Origin: an uncultured bacterium
GTDB lineage: Bacteria; Babelota; Babeliae; Babelales; Babelaceae
DNA: 64,000 bases
Direction: 5' to 3'
NCBI GenBank assembly: GCA_963819815.1
Contig: CAWFXL010000001.1
Coordinates: forward strand, 1,408,001-1,472,000
Shown here: positions 28,523 through 38,382 of the stretch, piece by piece
How positions within the stretch are numbered: position 1 is the stretch's first letter
How the letters are laid out: every line of letters starts with the position of its first letter
Program-made: the position numbers and the translations under genes
Notes under the pieces: generated by a model
What the model was told of the DNA's origin: nothing
Databases searched by the model: none
The model's input: only the letters and a program-made list of their open reading frames with translations

Positions 28523-29605
28523 TTAATTGTTTTTTTTAGTTGGGTCTAAGGCTGATGTTGACCCGGCTTCATTTTTTTGTGCTCCTGCTAGACTATCAAC
28601 AGGGAAGTCTGTAGACAGCTCATAATCATGAGCCCATTTTGTTCCCTCATGGCAAGGGCAAGGGTAAACCATCTTTATCTCACCAAGCCAGGTTGTTCGT
28701 TTATGAGCAGTTTTTGCGACAAATTCTCCAAAACATTTTGGGTGGTAATAGTTGATTTCCTGCACCTTATCCACGGTCCCCCCAGGAAACCCGCTAAATG
28801 CAGTTGTAATAGTCTTAGGGTTATCTATTTCAACAAGTTTATTGCACACGGCACAAGAGAACTGCACAGCCGCAGGCTTGAAATCTGGCAAAAGAGTAAG
28901 ATCTATTTCTAGATCGGCCTCTGGATACCATACCCCATATTCATGATCAACCGGACAATTAAAGACAACTTTGCCCGTTTCCTTACCATATTGTTTCTGC
29001 TTGTGGGCATTACGTTCAGCATACGGCTTCAGACAATCCTCATGAAAATTATGCTCTTCTTTGTGCAAGCTATAATCACGATAATTACAGGTATAGGTAG
29101 ACCTTTTTTGATCAGGCGTTATCGCTCTATGACAATGGTCGCATCTATTTTTATCCCGTACTGAAGAAGATGAAGGAAATAACTGTTTTTCGATTTGGTT
29201 GGCAGGTATAATTTTGCAAAGTGGCACTTTGAGATCAGTCTTTGAGTTGTTGGAGCCCTTTTTATGAAGCACTGGGCAGTGAAAGGTGACATCGGCGCCT
29301 GTTAGATCCTGCCTAGCCTTATCCGAAATACCCGCAGCTTTTAACGCAAAGGGCACTATACACTCACTATGAAAGACATGGTGCTCACGCTCCCACGTCC
29401 ACCACCTATAATCACAATCATATTCGCAAGAAGAATCACGCGTATAGATTACATCATTGCATAATGCACATGTTGTAGAAGCAATTTCCTGTATTTCCTC
29501 ATCTAAAGGTTTAGTCTTTACCTCGGAGTCTGCTGCATACAGGTGCGCAGTTGCTGTTGCTAGTAGTATTGTTGCGTACAGTAGTGTGTTTTTTATACAT
29601 TTCAT
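28523..29605 (-). CDS. Secreted protein with three RING-like zinc-finger repeats
   Basis: CALC..HVFHSEC..CPVLH; CDHC..HNFHEDC..CPVDH; CAVC..YHPKC..CPCH; N-terminus shared with the next two genes. Confidence 0.75.
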   Translation of the reverse strand: MKCIKNTLLYATILLATATAHLYAADSEVKTKPLDEEIQEIASTTCALCNDVIYTRDSSCEYDCDYRWWTWEREHHVFHSECIVPFALKAAGISDKARQDLTGADVTFHCPVLHKKGSNNSKTDLKVPLCKIIPANQIEKQLFPSSSSVRDKNRCDHCHRAITPDQKRSTYTCNYRDYSLHKEEHNFHEDCLKPYAERNAHKQKQYGKETGKVVFNCPVDHEYGVWYPEADLEIDLTLLPDFKPAAVQFSCAVCNKLVEIDNPKTITTAFSGFPGGTVDKVQEINYYHPKCFGEFVAKTAHKRTTWLGEIKMVYPCPCHEGTKWAHDYELSTDFPVDSLAGAQKNEAGSTSALDPTKKNN

Positions 29606-29663
29606 GAGTTTAATCCTTTGAGAATCATTGAAAATTCCTTATTTTGTCACTGTAGTGTGCCTG

Positions 29664-30257
29664 CTAAATCAATTCTCGTGCCGTATTAGCTTCTTCATAT
29701 GGTTGATATTTAGATGCTTTTGCTTCAGCAAAGATGGCATCTAATTTTGCTTTACCCGACCCTTGGTAGGAATCTCTCAAGTCACCACTACCTAAGTCTA
29801 AGGCTGTTGTTGACTCCGCTTTTTGCCTTTGATCGCCTGATGCAGTCTCTTTTTCTTGAGCATATCTTTGACGTACGTAACGTAGAGCTTGGGATGTTAT
29901 TTCTTTTTCATCGTCGCCAAGTAACCTGAGAGCTTCTAGATACCAATCGGTTCTATCAGAATAACGAGGAGATAGCGCTGCTATAACAAAGGCCTGAGCG
30001 CGTAAGTCTTTAGGGTCTTTAGAGTTGTCAAGTTCCCTGAGGGCTTCTAGATACCAATTGGTATCAGTTTCATTTGGATTATTAAGAAGAGGTGCAGTAG
30101 TTTGATTGTCCTTGATTTCTGCAGACACGTGCTCCAAAGTTGGTATTTCGTCATCTAAAGATTTAGCCTTTACATCGGAGTCTGCTGCATACAGATGCGT
30201 TGTTGCTGTTGCTAGTAGTAGTGTCGCGTGCAATAGTCTGTTGTTAGTAAGTTTCAT
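29664..30257 (-). CDS. Secreted hypothetical protein, same N-terminal cassette family
   Basis: LLHATLLLATATTHLYAADSDVKAKSLDDEI; internal repeat WYLEALR twice. Confidence 0.75.
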   Translation of the reverse strand: MKLTNNRLLHATLLLATATTHLYAADSDVKAKSLDDEIPTLEHVSAEIKDNQTTAPLLNNPNETDTNWYLEALRELDNSKDPKDLRAQAFVIAALSPRYSDRTDWYLEALRLLGDDEKEITSQALRYVRQRYAQEKETASGDQRQKAESTTALDLGSGDLRDSYQGSGKAKLDAIFAEAKASKYQPYEEANTARELI

Positions 30258-30304
30258 GAGGTTATTCCTAAGTGTTGTTGAAGAAACAGTGCCACTTCTT
30301 ATTC

Positions 30305-30607
30305 TTATTCTGTTTGCTTTGACTGTATATTAGTGGATGATTGAGCAGATTTTTCTTTTCCATCCGTATTCTGTTTGAACGGTGGCCTAGATGTTAATTC
30401 CCCTTTATTAAGGAGGGCCTGGAATTCTTTTTTGCTCATCAAAGAGAGAGTTTCAGGATTTCCACCATTAAGCAATGCTTCAATGATCCCTTCAGATATA
30501 TCTCCATCTAATGATTTAACCTTTACACCACACTCTGCTCCATACAAGTGCATCGATGTAGTTGCTAGTAGTATCGTTGCATACAGCATGCTTTTCATAT
30601 ATTTCAT
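30305..30607 (-). CDS. Small secreted protein, same N-terminal cassette family
   Basis: MLYATILLATTSMHLYGAECGVKVKSLDGDI. Confidence 0.7.
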   Translation of the reverse strand: MKYMKSMLYATILLATTSMHLYGAECGVKVKSLDGDISEGIIEALLNGGNPETLSLMSKKEFQALLNKGELTSRPPFKQNTDGKEKSAQSSTNIQSKQTE

Positions 30608-30989
30608 GAGTTTTATTCCTTTTCCAAGTGTTTGAGTAACATGTTCGTTTTAATTGATCTGCAAATCTGGAACTATGTTACGTCGTTCATCAAACTTGAT
30701 CGCATAATCCAATATGCTATTCAAATATTGCGTCATATACCTATTTGAAAACAGTATATCCAAAAACCATTTTTTGTCAAATTGTATTAAATGGGTCGAC
30801 TGAGGACCTTTAAGAGAGGTCTAAAACTTTAATAGTCAAAAGCAGGGGCTCCTTTTTAGTGTTTGAAGAGTTTCTTGCCTCAGCCAGATAGAGCTACTTT
30901 ATAGATCAAAGAATGGGTTGCAACAATTGAGGGATGCTGCAGAAGCTATGAGTTATTTGAATTCTAAAAGCAGTATGTTGGCATGTATC

Positions 30990-33900
30990 TTAATCTAGCT
31001 CTTCAATGATGCTTTTTTTATTTCCAGGACAACGTTCCTGGTGGTATCGTTTCTGATCTTTTTGTTTGCAGTGTTCACTGCAATACCATACCTTTAGGCA
31101 AAATCCGCAGAAAATATTACGAGGAGCTCCACACACAGAGCATATCTCCTTATTAGTCGAAGCGTTAGTTCGTGCTTCATCTAATAGTGCTACAATCTCT
31201 TTATTTCCCAGACGTAGAGCTATATCTAAGGACATTTCGCCGTTCACTGCTTTTGCAAAGATGTTTGCGCCCCCTTGAATAAGTGCTCTTATAACCAGCT
31301 CTTGTGCATCGTCAGTTGCTACAGCGCAATGCAATGGTGTATATCCGTCTGCTGAGCAGGCATTAACCTCTTCCCTGGTCTTGAGTAAAAAGGAGATAAA
31401 TTCTAAATTACCTATCTCCGCGGCAAAATGAAGTGGAGTTTTGTTTAGTTCAGGGAATTTCTGGCATAGGGCAGCTAAAAGCATCTGAGCTATGAGATAG
31501 TGTTTTTTCAGGAGGGCTAAACTAAGTGCTGCGGCACCTTTTGAATTCGTTAGATTGACGTCTGCTGCATGCTGTGGGTTGAGTGGTTTATACTCTAAAA
31601 GAAGCTTCACAATGGCGTCTTTACCTAGAAGACTTGCCATATGGAGCACAGTATTTCCACCGGCAAGAATCCCATTACTATTAATTTTCCTACTGGCAAG
31701 TAGGTTGCTTACTCTCGCACTGTCACCTTGTGCACATGCCGCCATAAGAGCTTGAGTATCAGCAGTTTCATTGTGAACTTCTGGTGATGGACAGGCACAA
31801 GAACAGGTACCTACCTTAGGGAAACTTTTTTTATGAAGTCTTATCGCTTCTGCACATGCTGTATGACCTTTTTGCACTGCTGTATTATATGCAGTCATAT
31901 TATTTCCAGCACGTTTGTCAGTATCTGCACCGTGTGCAAGTAGAACTTTAAGAGAATTGAGACTGCCATAATATGCAGCCATCATGAGTAACGTAGTTTT
32001 TGGGTGGCATTCGATCTCGATATCTCCCCCTCCACGTATGAGAAGCTCAAGACATTCAGCACGATCTTTTACTAGTGCACTGTGCATTGGGCTCTGCCTA
32101 TCAGAGTTCTCCCTCACAATTTGAAGGTTTGGATCTGCGTTATGTTCAAGGAGCAAACCAATAAGTTCGACATTTCCGATTGCTGCAGCTGTTGCAAGTG
32201 GTATTTCTTGGTTCTTACCAGTGAGATTTGTAGAAGCCTTCTTCTTAAGAAGAGCACGCGCACATCCGACATGCCCCCGACTAACGGCTTTATTTAATGC
32301 GGTCAAATTATTCTTGTCAGGAGTGTTTACATGTGCTCCTGCAGTTAAAAGGATTTCCAGACATTCTTCAAAACCTTCAAATGCTGCCGCATGAAGTGCA
32401 GTATAGCCTTCTTTGGTTACTTTAAGCTCAAGGTTTACGTTAGCCTCAACAAGCGCTTTAACACATTCGGGACGGTTTCCTTCCACTGCCTTTAAAAGAG
32501 CTGATTTTTTTTCTTTATCAAGAGCATTTTTGTCTATACGAGTCTTGAGGAGCCGTCTTACGCAGTCTGCATGCCCAAAATAAGCAGCCTCATGAAGAGC
32601 AGTATAGCCATCCACGCTGGTAATGGTTACATCGACATCATGAGAAAGAAGCTCTTCTATCACCAAGAGATGGCCTTCCATAGCAGCACATAAAAGTGGC
32701 GTTCGTCCAACTGCGTTTCGAGCATTTTTTGGAGCTCCTTTTTTAAGTAAGAGACGAACGTTTTGAAGATGGCCTCCCATGGCAGCTTTATGTAAGGGAG
32801 TATCATCGACACTATCCTTGATTGCGATATCTGCGCCAGCTTCTATAAGTGCATTTACACAGCTCGTATTTTCCCGTTCGGCGGCTCCAAGAAGTGCGCT
32901 GTATCCCTCTAGATTTTTTTTATCTAGGTGAGCACGAGCATGCAGTAATATCTTGAGGCATTCTATGTTTCCTTCAAACGCTGCAGCTATGAGTGGGGTT
33001 GAGCCATTATTACACGCACAATTTTTATTTGCACCAGCTTTGAGAAGTAATTCTACATGTGATGCTTGCCCATAATATGCGGCATACATAAGCGGGGTAT
33101 CTTTATCATTACTTTTTTCATCAAGGTGTATCCCTGCGGCAATATGAGCTTCAAGTACTGCCTTAAAAACTGAGTCATCATCACAATAAGCTGCGCAGTG
33201 TAGGGGCATATTTCCAACATTGTTTCGTATTTGAAGTTTTGCACCTCTCCTGATGAGTTCCCTAACGCAGTCGGTATGGCCTTTCTTTATGGCAGCATGT
33301 AGGGCCGTTTCACCCTCATTATTTTGTGCGTTGATATGTGCGCCTTGTTCAAGTAATGCTATAAGGCTCATTGTTTTACCAACGGCTGCAGCTATAATAA
33401 GCGCTGTTGAGCCATCGGCACAGGGTATTTCTAATGTTGTTTTTAAAAATGGTATACACTCTACAAGATCACCCTCAACAACATAATGAAGTGCCGTATC
33501 CCCTTCGATATCTTTTAAGGTCGCGTCAACTAGGTTCTCGTTAAAAAACAGAGGCATTGCCGTCTTAAGTACTAGTGCAGCTCGATGTAATATAGTTCGT
33601 CCATAATGGTCTTGAACAGAAAACGACATTCTATAAGAGCTCAACGCAGTGGCAATGAGTCTGGTCGCGGCCTTCCTGACTTGCTCTGAGCGAAGTCCGA
33701 GAAAACGCTCAGCGAATTGAGCAACCTGCTGATTTACTGATTCAACTAATATATAAGCATCACGAAAATGAGGATTGCTGGTTGACTCATGTGAAGCATT
33801 TGTGTTCATGAGCAAGGAAAAGGCATTCTTAAAATCGTCGGTCTTAAGTATTTGCCTTATAGATTCAATCTCTTGAATGATTAATGTAAGATCTTTTTGA

Positions 33901-34100
33901 TCAGGCACATTTGAGGCTTGTGGATCTGTAGAGGGCGTGTATTGGCTCATTATAATGTTCTTGAATTCAACAAGCTGGTCATTAAGGTGCATAAGAAATA
34001 CGTTGCCGAGCTCGGGAACTTCAGTCTTAACTTGAATAGATTCGGATGCAAACATATAGGATGAACCTACGCACAATGCAAGTAATAAGACCTGGAACAT
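30990..34100 (-). CDS. Secreted ankyrin-repeat protein with C-terminal MYND zinc finger
   Basis: GGAGG RBS before MFQVLLLALCVGSSYMFA; about 20 G-x-T(P/A)LH-type repeats; CSVC...CGFC...YCSEHC...H...C. Confidence 0.92.
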   Translation of the reverse strand: MFQVLLLALCVGSSYMFASESIQVKTEVPELGNVFLMHLNDQLVEFKNIIMSQYTPSTDPQASNVPDQKDLTLIIQEIESIRQILKTDDFKNAFSLLMNTNASHESTSNPHFRDAYILVESVNQQVAQFAERFLGLRSEQVRKAATRLIATALSSYRMSFSVQDHYGRTILHRAALVLKTAMPLFFNENLVDATLKDIEGDTALHYVVEGDLVECIPFLKTTLEIPCADGSTALIIAAAVGKTMSLIALLEQGAHINAQNNEGETALHAAIKKGHTDCVRELIRRGAKLQIRNNVGNMPLHCAAYCDDDSVFKAVLEAHIAAGIHLDEKSNDKDTPLMYAAYYGQASHVELLLKAGANKNCACNNGSTPLIAAAFEGNIECLKILLHARAHLDKKNLEGYSALLGAAERENTSCVNALIEAGADIAIKDSVDDTPLHKAAMGGHLQNVRLLLKKGAPKNARNAVGRTPLLCAAMEGHLLVIEELLSHDVDVTITSVDGYTALHEAAYFGHADCVRRLLKTRIDKNALDKEKKSALLKAVEGNRPECVKALVEANVNLELKVTKEGYTALHAAAFEGFEECLEILLTAGAHVNTPDKNNLTALNKAVSRGHVGCARALLKKKASTNLTGKNQEIPLATAAAIGNVELIGLLLEHNADPNLQIVRENSDRQSPMHSALVKDRAECLELLIRGGGDIEIECHPKTTLLMMAAYYGSLNSLKVLLAHGADTDKRAGNNMTAYNTAVQKGHTACAEAIRLHKKSFPKVGTCSCACPSPEVHNETADTQALMAACAQGDSARVSNLLASRKINSNGILAGGNTVLHMASLLGKDAIVKLLLEYKPLNPQHAADVNLTNSKGAAALSLALLKKHYLIAQMLLAALCQKFPELNKTPLHFAAEIGNLEFISFLLKTREEVNACSADGYTPLHCAVATDDAQELVIRALIQGGANIFAKAVNGEMSLDIALRLGNKEIVALLDEARTNASTNKEICSVCGAPRNIFCGFCLKVWYCSEHCKQKDQKRYHQERCPGNKKSIIEELD

Positions 34101-34378
34101 GGGCATAACCTCCAAGGAGTTTTCGACATTATCTTTCTTTGAATTTAATATATTAATTGTCATGTAAATTGTCTTTCCTGTCAAGCTTTTTCTCAATTTG
34201 GATCTTGACGTAAGTGCTTAATACCTTTAGGAAAGCTACAGTATCGGGTGAGTACGCTAAACCCCTTTTCCCTCTTCTTCTTTCCCCCAAAAAATCCGTG
34301 CAGCATACTGAAAAAGCTCTGTCGGGTGGGTTTTGTTACGTAGTCGTTTTGCGCTATGCTGAGAATAACCAGATACCG

Positions 34379-34708
34379 TCAATGAAGGCGAGCACCTTTA
34401 GGTACCGTTTTGTCGGGTCCTATGAGTACGATTGATCCATCATCATTTGTGAGCCCTAAGGTAAGAACCTCAGAGATGAAAGGTCCAATCTGCTTTGGAG
34501 CAAAGTTAACCACCGCAAGTACCTGTTTGCCCACTAATGCCTCTGGTACATAGTTTTTGGTAATTTGTGCAGAGCTCTTTTTAGTGCCGAGCTCCCCAAA
34601 GTCTATCACGAGCTTATAGGCTGGATTGCGTGCTTCCTTGAAGGTCTCTGCAGCAATAATGGTGCCGACGCGGATATCTACTTTTAGAAAGTCATCATAC
34701 GAAATCAT
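34379..34708 (-). CDS. csaA: CsaA/Trbp111 tRNA-binding chaperone
   Basis: DFLKVDIRVGTI, SSAQIT, VVNFAPKQIGPFISEVLTLG. Confidence 0.92.
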   Translation of the reverse strand: MISYDDFLKVDIRVGTIIAAETFKEARNPAYKLVIDFGELGTKKSSAQITKNYVPEALVGKQVLAVVNFAPKQIGPFISEVLTLGLTNDDGSIVLIGPDKTVPKGARLH

Positions 34709-36111
34709 GCGACCTCCGGTTTAGTGAGACGTGAAATAATGAGGAGCACTGAAAGGCAGATGATAAATCCTGGTAGGAGCGGCATAAAGGTGAATCCAAG
34801 AGAACCCCATACCATGCCCATAATCCCACCGAGAAGCATTGCAACTTGCACGCCCGTTTTTCGAGCCCAGGGGATAAACAGTGCTGCAATAACGGTGGGT
34901 GCGAATGCAAGTCCAAGTCCTGACCAGGCATAGGCAATAAGATCATTAATTGGCTGAGTACTCGTATAGCTTACAAGATAAGACAGGATAGGGAGTCCGA
35001 TAATGCATCCGCGTACAATCAGGAGATAGTGTGCGGTGCTTAGCTTAGGGCCAATAATCGGCTTAAAGAAATCTTCCGTAATTATGGATGCCGTTGCCAA
35101 GATTTGTCCGGTCATGACCGACATGGTTGCGGCTAGAATAGCGCATAAAATTAGACCAGCAAAGAAAGGGTGAAAGAGATCTTTAACCATCTCTATAAAG
35201 ACCAGCTCTCTATTTGCAAGAGGTGCTGCAAAATAGAGAAGACCGACTAGTCCTGCAGCTGTTGCTGCTCCAAGAACAAGCGTCATCCAAGAGATGCCGA
35301 CGTATTTAGCTTTATGCATCTGGTGCACATCATGTATCGACATAAAGTTAATCAGAATATGGGGAGACCCAAAATAGCCAAGGCCCCATCCCATCGAGAG
35401 CAGTAAAATTTGAGAAAATGTTTGCCAAGAGTAGTCTGGAACGAGAGCATGGAAAAAACCGGCAAAACTTACGTACTCAAGTGGATTAACAGGAACGGCT
35501 GATAGTGCTACAATAGGGACAATGCAGATCATGGCGGCTAAGAAGATTCCTCGAATAGCATCACTCCATGCAGCTGCAATAAAGCCACCGATAATTATGT
35601 TTACCACAACTAGAGTGCCACTAATGCTAATGCCGATAGTATAGGGTATTCCGAAGGTTGATTCAAAAAGACGGCCAAGACCAACAAGTTCAGCGCCTAT
35701 ATAATACACGAGAAAATAGGTGGTAAAAAAAACGCTCAGCAGTCTAATAAGCCCTGACGTATCGCGAAAATGTCGTTCAAAAAATGATGCTAACGTGAGA
35801 CTTTCATATTTTTCTGTAGCAGTGCGAAGTCGTGGAGCTATAAATTGCCAGTTTAAAAACATGAACAGGATAAGACCTATCGCAACCCAGAGATTAAAGA
35901 GCCCCAACCCATAGATGAGCCCGGGATAGGCCATGAAGAGCCAATCGCTCATATCACTTGCTTGAGTCCTGAGCGCTGTTACCCAGTAGTTCAACGATCT
36001 GTTGCCGAGCACGAATGAGCTTGTAGAAGTATTTCGCCGATAAAAAAAGATACTTAAGCAAAGAAAAAAAGCAAAGTATCCGACAAATGCACTCAAATAA
36101 TAGTTATCCAT
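34705..36111 (-). CDS. putP: Sodium/proline symporter (SSS family)
   Basis: LGNRSL..WVTAL...ASDMSDWL, WGLGYFGSPHI, LAATMS, AWSGLG. Confidence 0.88.
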   Translation of the reverse strand: MDNYYLSAFVGYFAFFLCLSIFFYRRNTSTSSFVLGNRSLNYWVTALRTQASDMSDWLFMAYPGLIYGLGLFNLWVAIGLILFMFLNWQFIAPRLRTATEKYESLTLASFFERHFRDTSGLIRLLSVFFTTYFLVYYIGAELVGLGRLFESTFGIPYTIGISISGTLVVVNIIIGGFIAAAWSDAIRGIFLAAMICIVPIVALSAVPVNPLEYVSFAGFFHALVPDYSWQTFSQILLLSMGWGLGYFGSPHILINFMSIHDVHQMHKAKYVGISWMTLVLGAATAAGLVGLLYFAAPLANRELVFIEMVKDLFHPFFAGLILCAILAATMSVMTGQILATASIITEDFFKPIIGPKLSTAHYLLIVRGCIIGLPILSYLVSYTSTQPINDLIAYAWSGLGLAFAPTVIAALFIPWARKTGVQVAMLLGGIMGMVWGSLGFTFMPLLPGFIICLSVLLIISRLTKPEVA

Positions 36112-36128
36112 GAAGCTCCCTAGGTAAG

Positions 36129-36187
36129 GGCTTTGCCCTATGCCCTTTTATTAATCACCAAAACAAAAAAGGGCACAGAGCAAAACC
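36129..36187 (-). promoter_or_regulatory. 21-bp 5'-leader hairpin upstream of putP
   Basis: Fully paired only on the - strand (three G-U pairs); ends about 9 nt before the GGGAG RBS. Confidence 0.6.
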
Positions 36188-36327
36188 TGCATAGATTTTT
36201 ACCTAATATCGGGAATTTTGCAAGAGTTTTGAATGCTTTAGTTGGTCTATTCTAGATTGGGTTTACAGATATGTTCCAGTTGCTAACGCTGGGATTTCTG
36301 TTGATTATGGTAAGTTTTAAAACGCGT

Positions 36328-37290
36328 TTAACTTGCGAGTGGCGTGAGAACAAGCCAGATGGAAATAATAAAGGCATAGATAGCAATGGTATCGATAAGC
36401 CCTTGAGCCATCATACTTGCCCGAGAGAGTATGGTGTAGGCTGCTGGATTGTAAGCAATTTGGTCGGCAGCTGCGGCAGCTGCACGTCCAGAACTTATCC
36501 CAGTACCAAATGTTCCGATTCCCATCGTTGCTCCAAAGGCAAGGTATGCAAGACCAATGAGTGGATTTTCATAGACGATTGATGCTTGGTTGATAAGCAT
36601 GAGCGAAATAATAATGGCAAAGACTACAGGTGTCTCAATCATTGCTTGGCTAATAAAGGTAAAAGTGAACAATTTTGAGAAAGCAGCTCTATTGCGGCCC
36701 GCGCTTTTACAGGCTATTTTGGTAAATAGGCAACTACCAAGCACCGGTCCAACAGAACCAAGACCGATAGCGATACCAGCTCCTATAAGTATGAGTGATT
36801 GAGCGACGGTGGTGATACCTGGTAGCATACCATGAATAACGAATGCCATAATAAGTCCAAAGATTAAAGGCGTTTGAAGAAGTGAAAGTACCAGAAGCAT
36901 AAAATTTCTCATGCGACGGGATACAAATGGTTGCCGCGCTATTGCACCAAGAGCGTTAGATGCAGGATCTGCAGAAGCCCATCCTATAACTAAGCCAGGT
37001 ATTCCCATGGAGAAAGCTATGCCAAGCTCTCCCAAAGCTGATGGAAATGTCGTTGGAGGCTTAAAGAATAAGAAAAAAGACATAAGGAATCCAAGGATTG
37101 CTGCGGTCTCAATAAGTGCTAAGGCTAAAATCGTTGCTCCCGTAATTTCTCCTTGCATAGCTGGCTGTCTTTCTATCGCCTCAAAGGAGGCTGCAGCAGT
37201 TTTTCCATGGCTACGGGAAACTCCATATGCAGTGGCAACGGTGCAAAAGACAATGGAAAAAAAATGTATGAGCTGAGCAAGTGCGACCAT
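36328..37290 (-). CDS. atpE: ATP synthase Fo subunit c, four fused hairpins (320 aa)
   Basis: Four c-like units with loops ERQP/ARQP/GRNR/AYNP and ion-site helices LIET, LLQT, MIET, LIDT; directly after atpB. Confidence 0.88.
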   Translation of the reverse strand: MVALAQLIHFFSIVFCTVATAYGVSRSHGKTAAASFEAIERQPAMQGEITGATILALALIETAAILGFLMSFFLFFKPPTTFPSALGELGIAFSMGIPGLVIGWASADPASNALGAIARQPFVSRRMRNFMLLVLSLLQTPLIFGLIMAFVIHGMLPGITTVAQSLILIGAGIAIGLGSVGPVLGSCLFTKIACKSAGRNRAAFSKLFTFTFISQAMIETPVVFAIIISLMLINQASIVYENPLIGLAYLAFGATMGIGTFGTGISSGRAAAAAADQIAYNPAAYTILSRASMMAQGLIDTIAIYAFIISIWLVLTPLAS

Positions 37291-38105
37291 TAGTGCTTTC
37301 CTTCTTCAATTGCGGTTGCCATACTAATATTAGTAAGCGTAAGAATCGTAAATACAAAAGCCTGTAGCCCGCCCTCAAAGATGACGAAAAATGCCACCAA
37401 TCCCAAATGAACGCCAATAGTACTTATGAGCTGCCAAATAAAAGAACCTGCTATACCATTGTGCCAGATCTGCATAATAATTGCCCCTCCAAATATATTG
37501 CCAAAGAGCCTGAAGGAGAGGGAGATAACCGTTGCTAACTCGCCGAGTATTTTAAAGGGAGCGAAGAAAAGACCGATGATAAGGTTAAGAGGAAAGAAGG
37601 TGGAGACTGGTAGGAAATATTCTTTGAGATAGTGTCCAAAGCCATGGACCTTAATGATCTCTTTTTGTATATAGAGGAGTGCTATTGTTCCCAGGGCAAG
37701 GGTTGTATTAAGATTTTTAGTTGGCTCTTCTACATAGGGAATAAGCGCAACCCAGTTGCAGATGAGAATAAAGATAAAAAGTGCTGCAATAAAATTAAAA
37801 TAGCGATGCACAAAAGCTCCCGTAGACTGTTCAACAAGGGACATAAAACTTCTGATGACCGATGTTGCAACATATTTGCCATAGGTTAGAAATGTAAAGT
37901 CTGGAGGCAGAAGCAGCTTTTGATATTCATGATTTTCACTGTGAATGCGTAGGAGTATAGAACGTGCGAGTAAGCAGAGGGCTAGTATAATTGCTAAGGC
38001 GATCCAGGTACTGATAATGGTAGTTCCAGAAAGAGCAAAAAATTGATTATCTACCCCAAAACTTTTAAGGGGATGCCATATAATTTCATGTTCTACATTT
38101 TGCAT
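37290..38105 (-). CDS. atpB: ATP synthase Fo subunit a
   Basis: PTKNLNTTLAL, SLSFRLFGNIFGG, LQAFVFTILT. Confidence 0.95.
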   Translation of the reverse strand: MQNVEHEIIWHPLKSFGVDNQFFALSGTTIISTWIALAIILALCLLARSILLRIHSENHEYQKLLLPPDFTFLTYGKYVATSVIRSFMSLVEQSTGAFVHRYFNFIAALFIFILICNWVALIPYVEEPTKNLNTTLALGTIALLYIQKEIIKVHGFGHYLKEYFLPVSTFFPLNLIIGLFFAPFKILGELATVISLSFRLFGNIFGGAIIMQIWHNGIAGSFIWQLISTIGVHLGLVAFFVIFEGGLQAFVFTILTLTNISMATAIEEGKH

Positions 38106-38111
38106 TTTTTA

Positions 38112-38372
38112 CTATTCGTTTAGGCAAAGGATAGCGACCCATTTGGCTATCATCATGCTGCCTCCAAAGAGTATAAAGGGAACGGGTCCCCAATGCAATA
38201 GATACCAGGCTATGAGGCCAAGACTTCCTAAACGAAGTAACGCTAAAATAGGGATATACCGCGATGAAGTTGAGCTATATGCAGATACTTGCCGTATCAG
38301 GTGATAGCCTGACAAAGAGCCTGCACATACCCCTATGGCGAGTGAAGCAATATAGGTGAAAATACTATTCAT
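38112..38372 (-). CDS. Small membrane protein, AtpI/AtpR-like
   Basis: Three hydrophobic helices, LLRL motif, directly upstream of atpB. Confidence 0.6.
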   Translation of the reverse strand: MNSIFTYIASLAIGVCAGSLSGYHLIRQVSAYSSTSSRYIPILALLRLGSLGLIAWYLLHWGPVPFILFGGSMMIAKWVAILCLNE

Positions 38373-38382
38373 TGTTCATTAT

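Noticed and set aside
30650..30736. 28-aa - strand ORF (MTQYLNSILDYAIK...) faintly like the cassette-family N-terminus
   Set aside because: Similarity is limited to about ten codons with no hydrophobic core; cannot be distinguished from chance without alignment statistics
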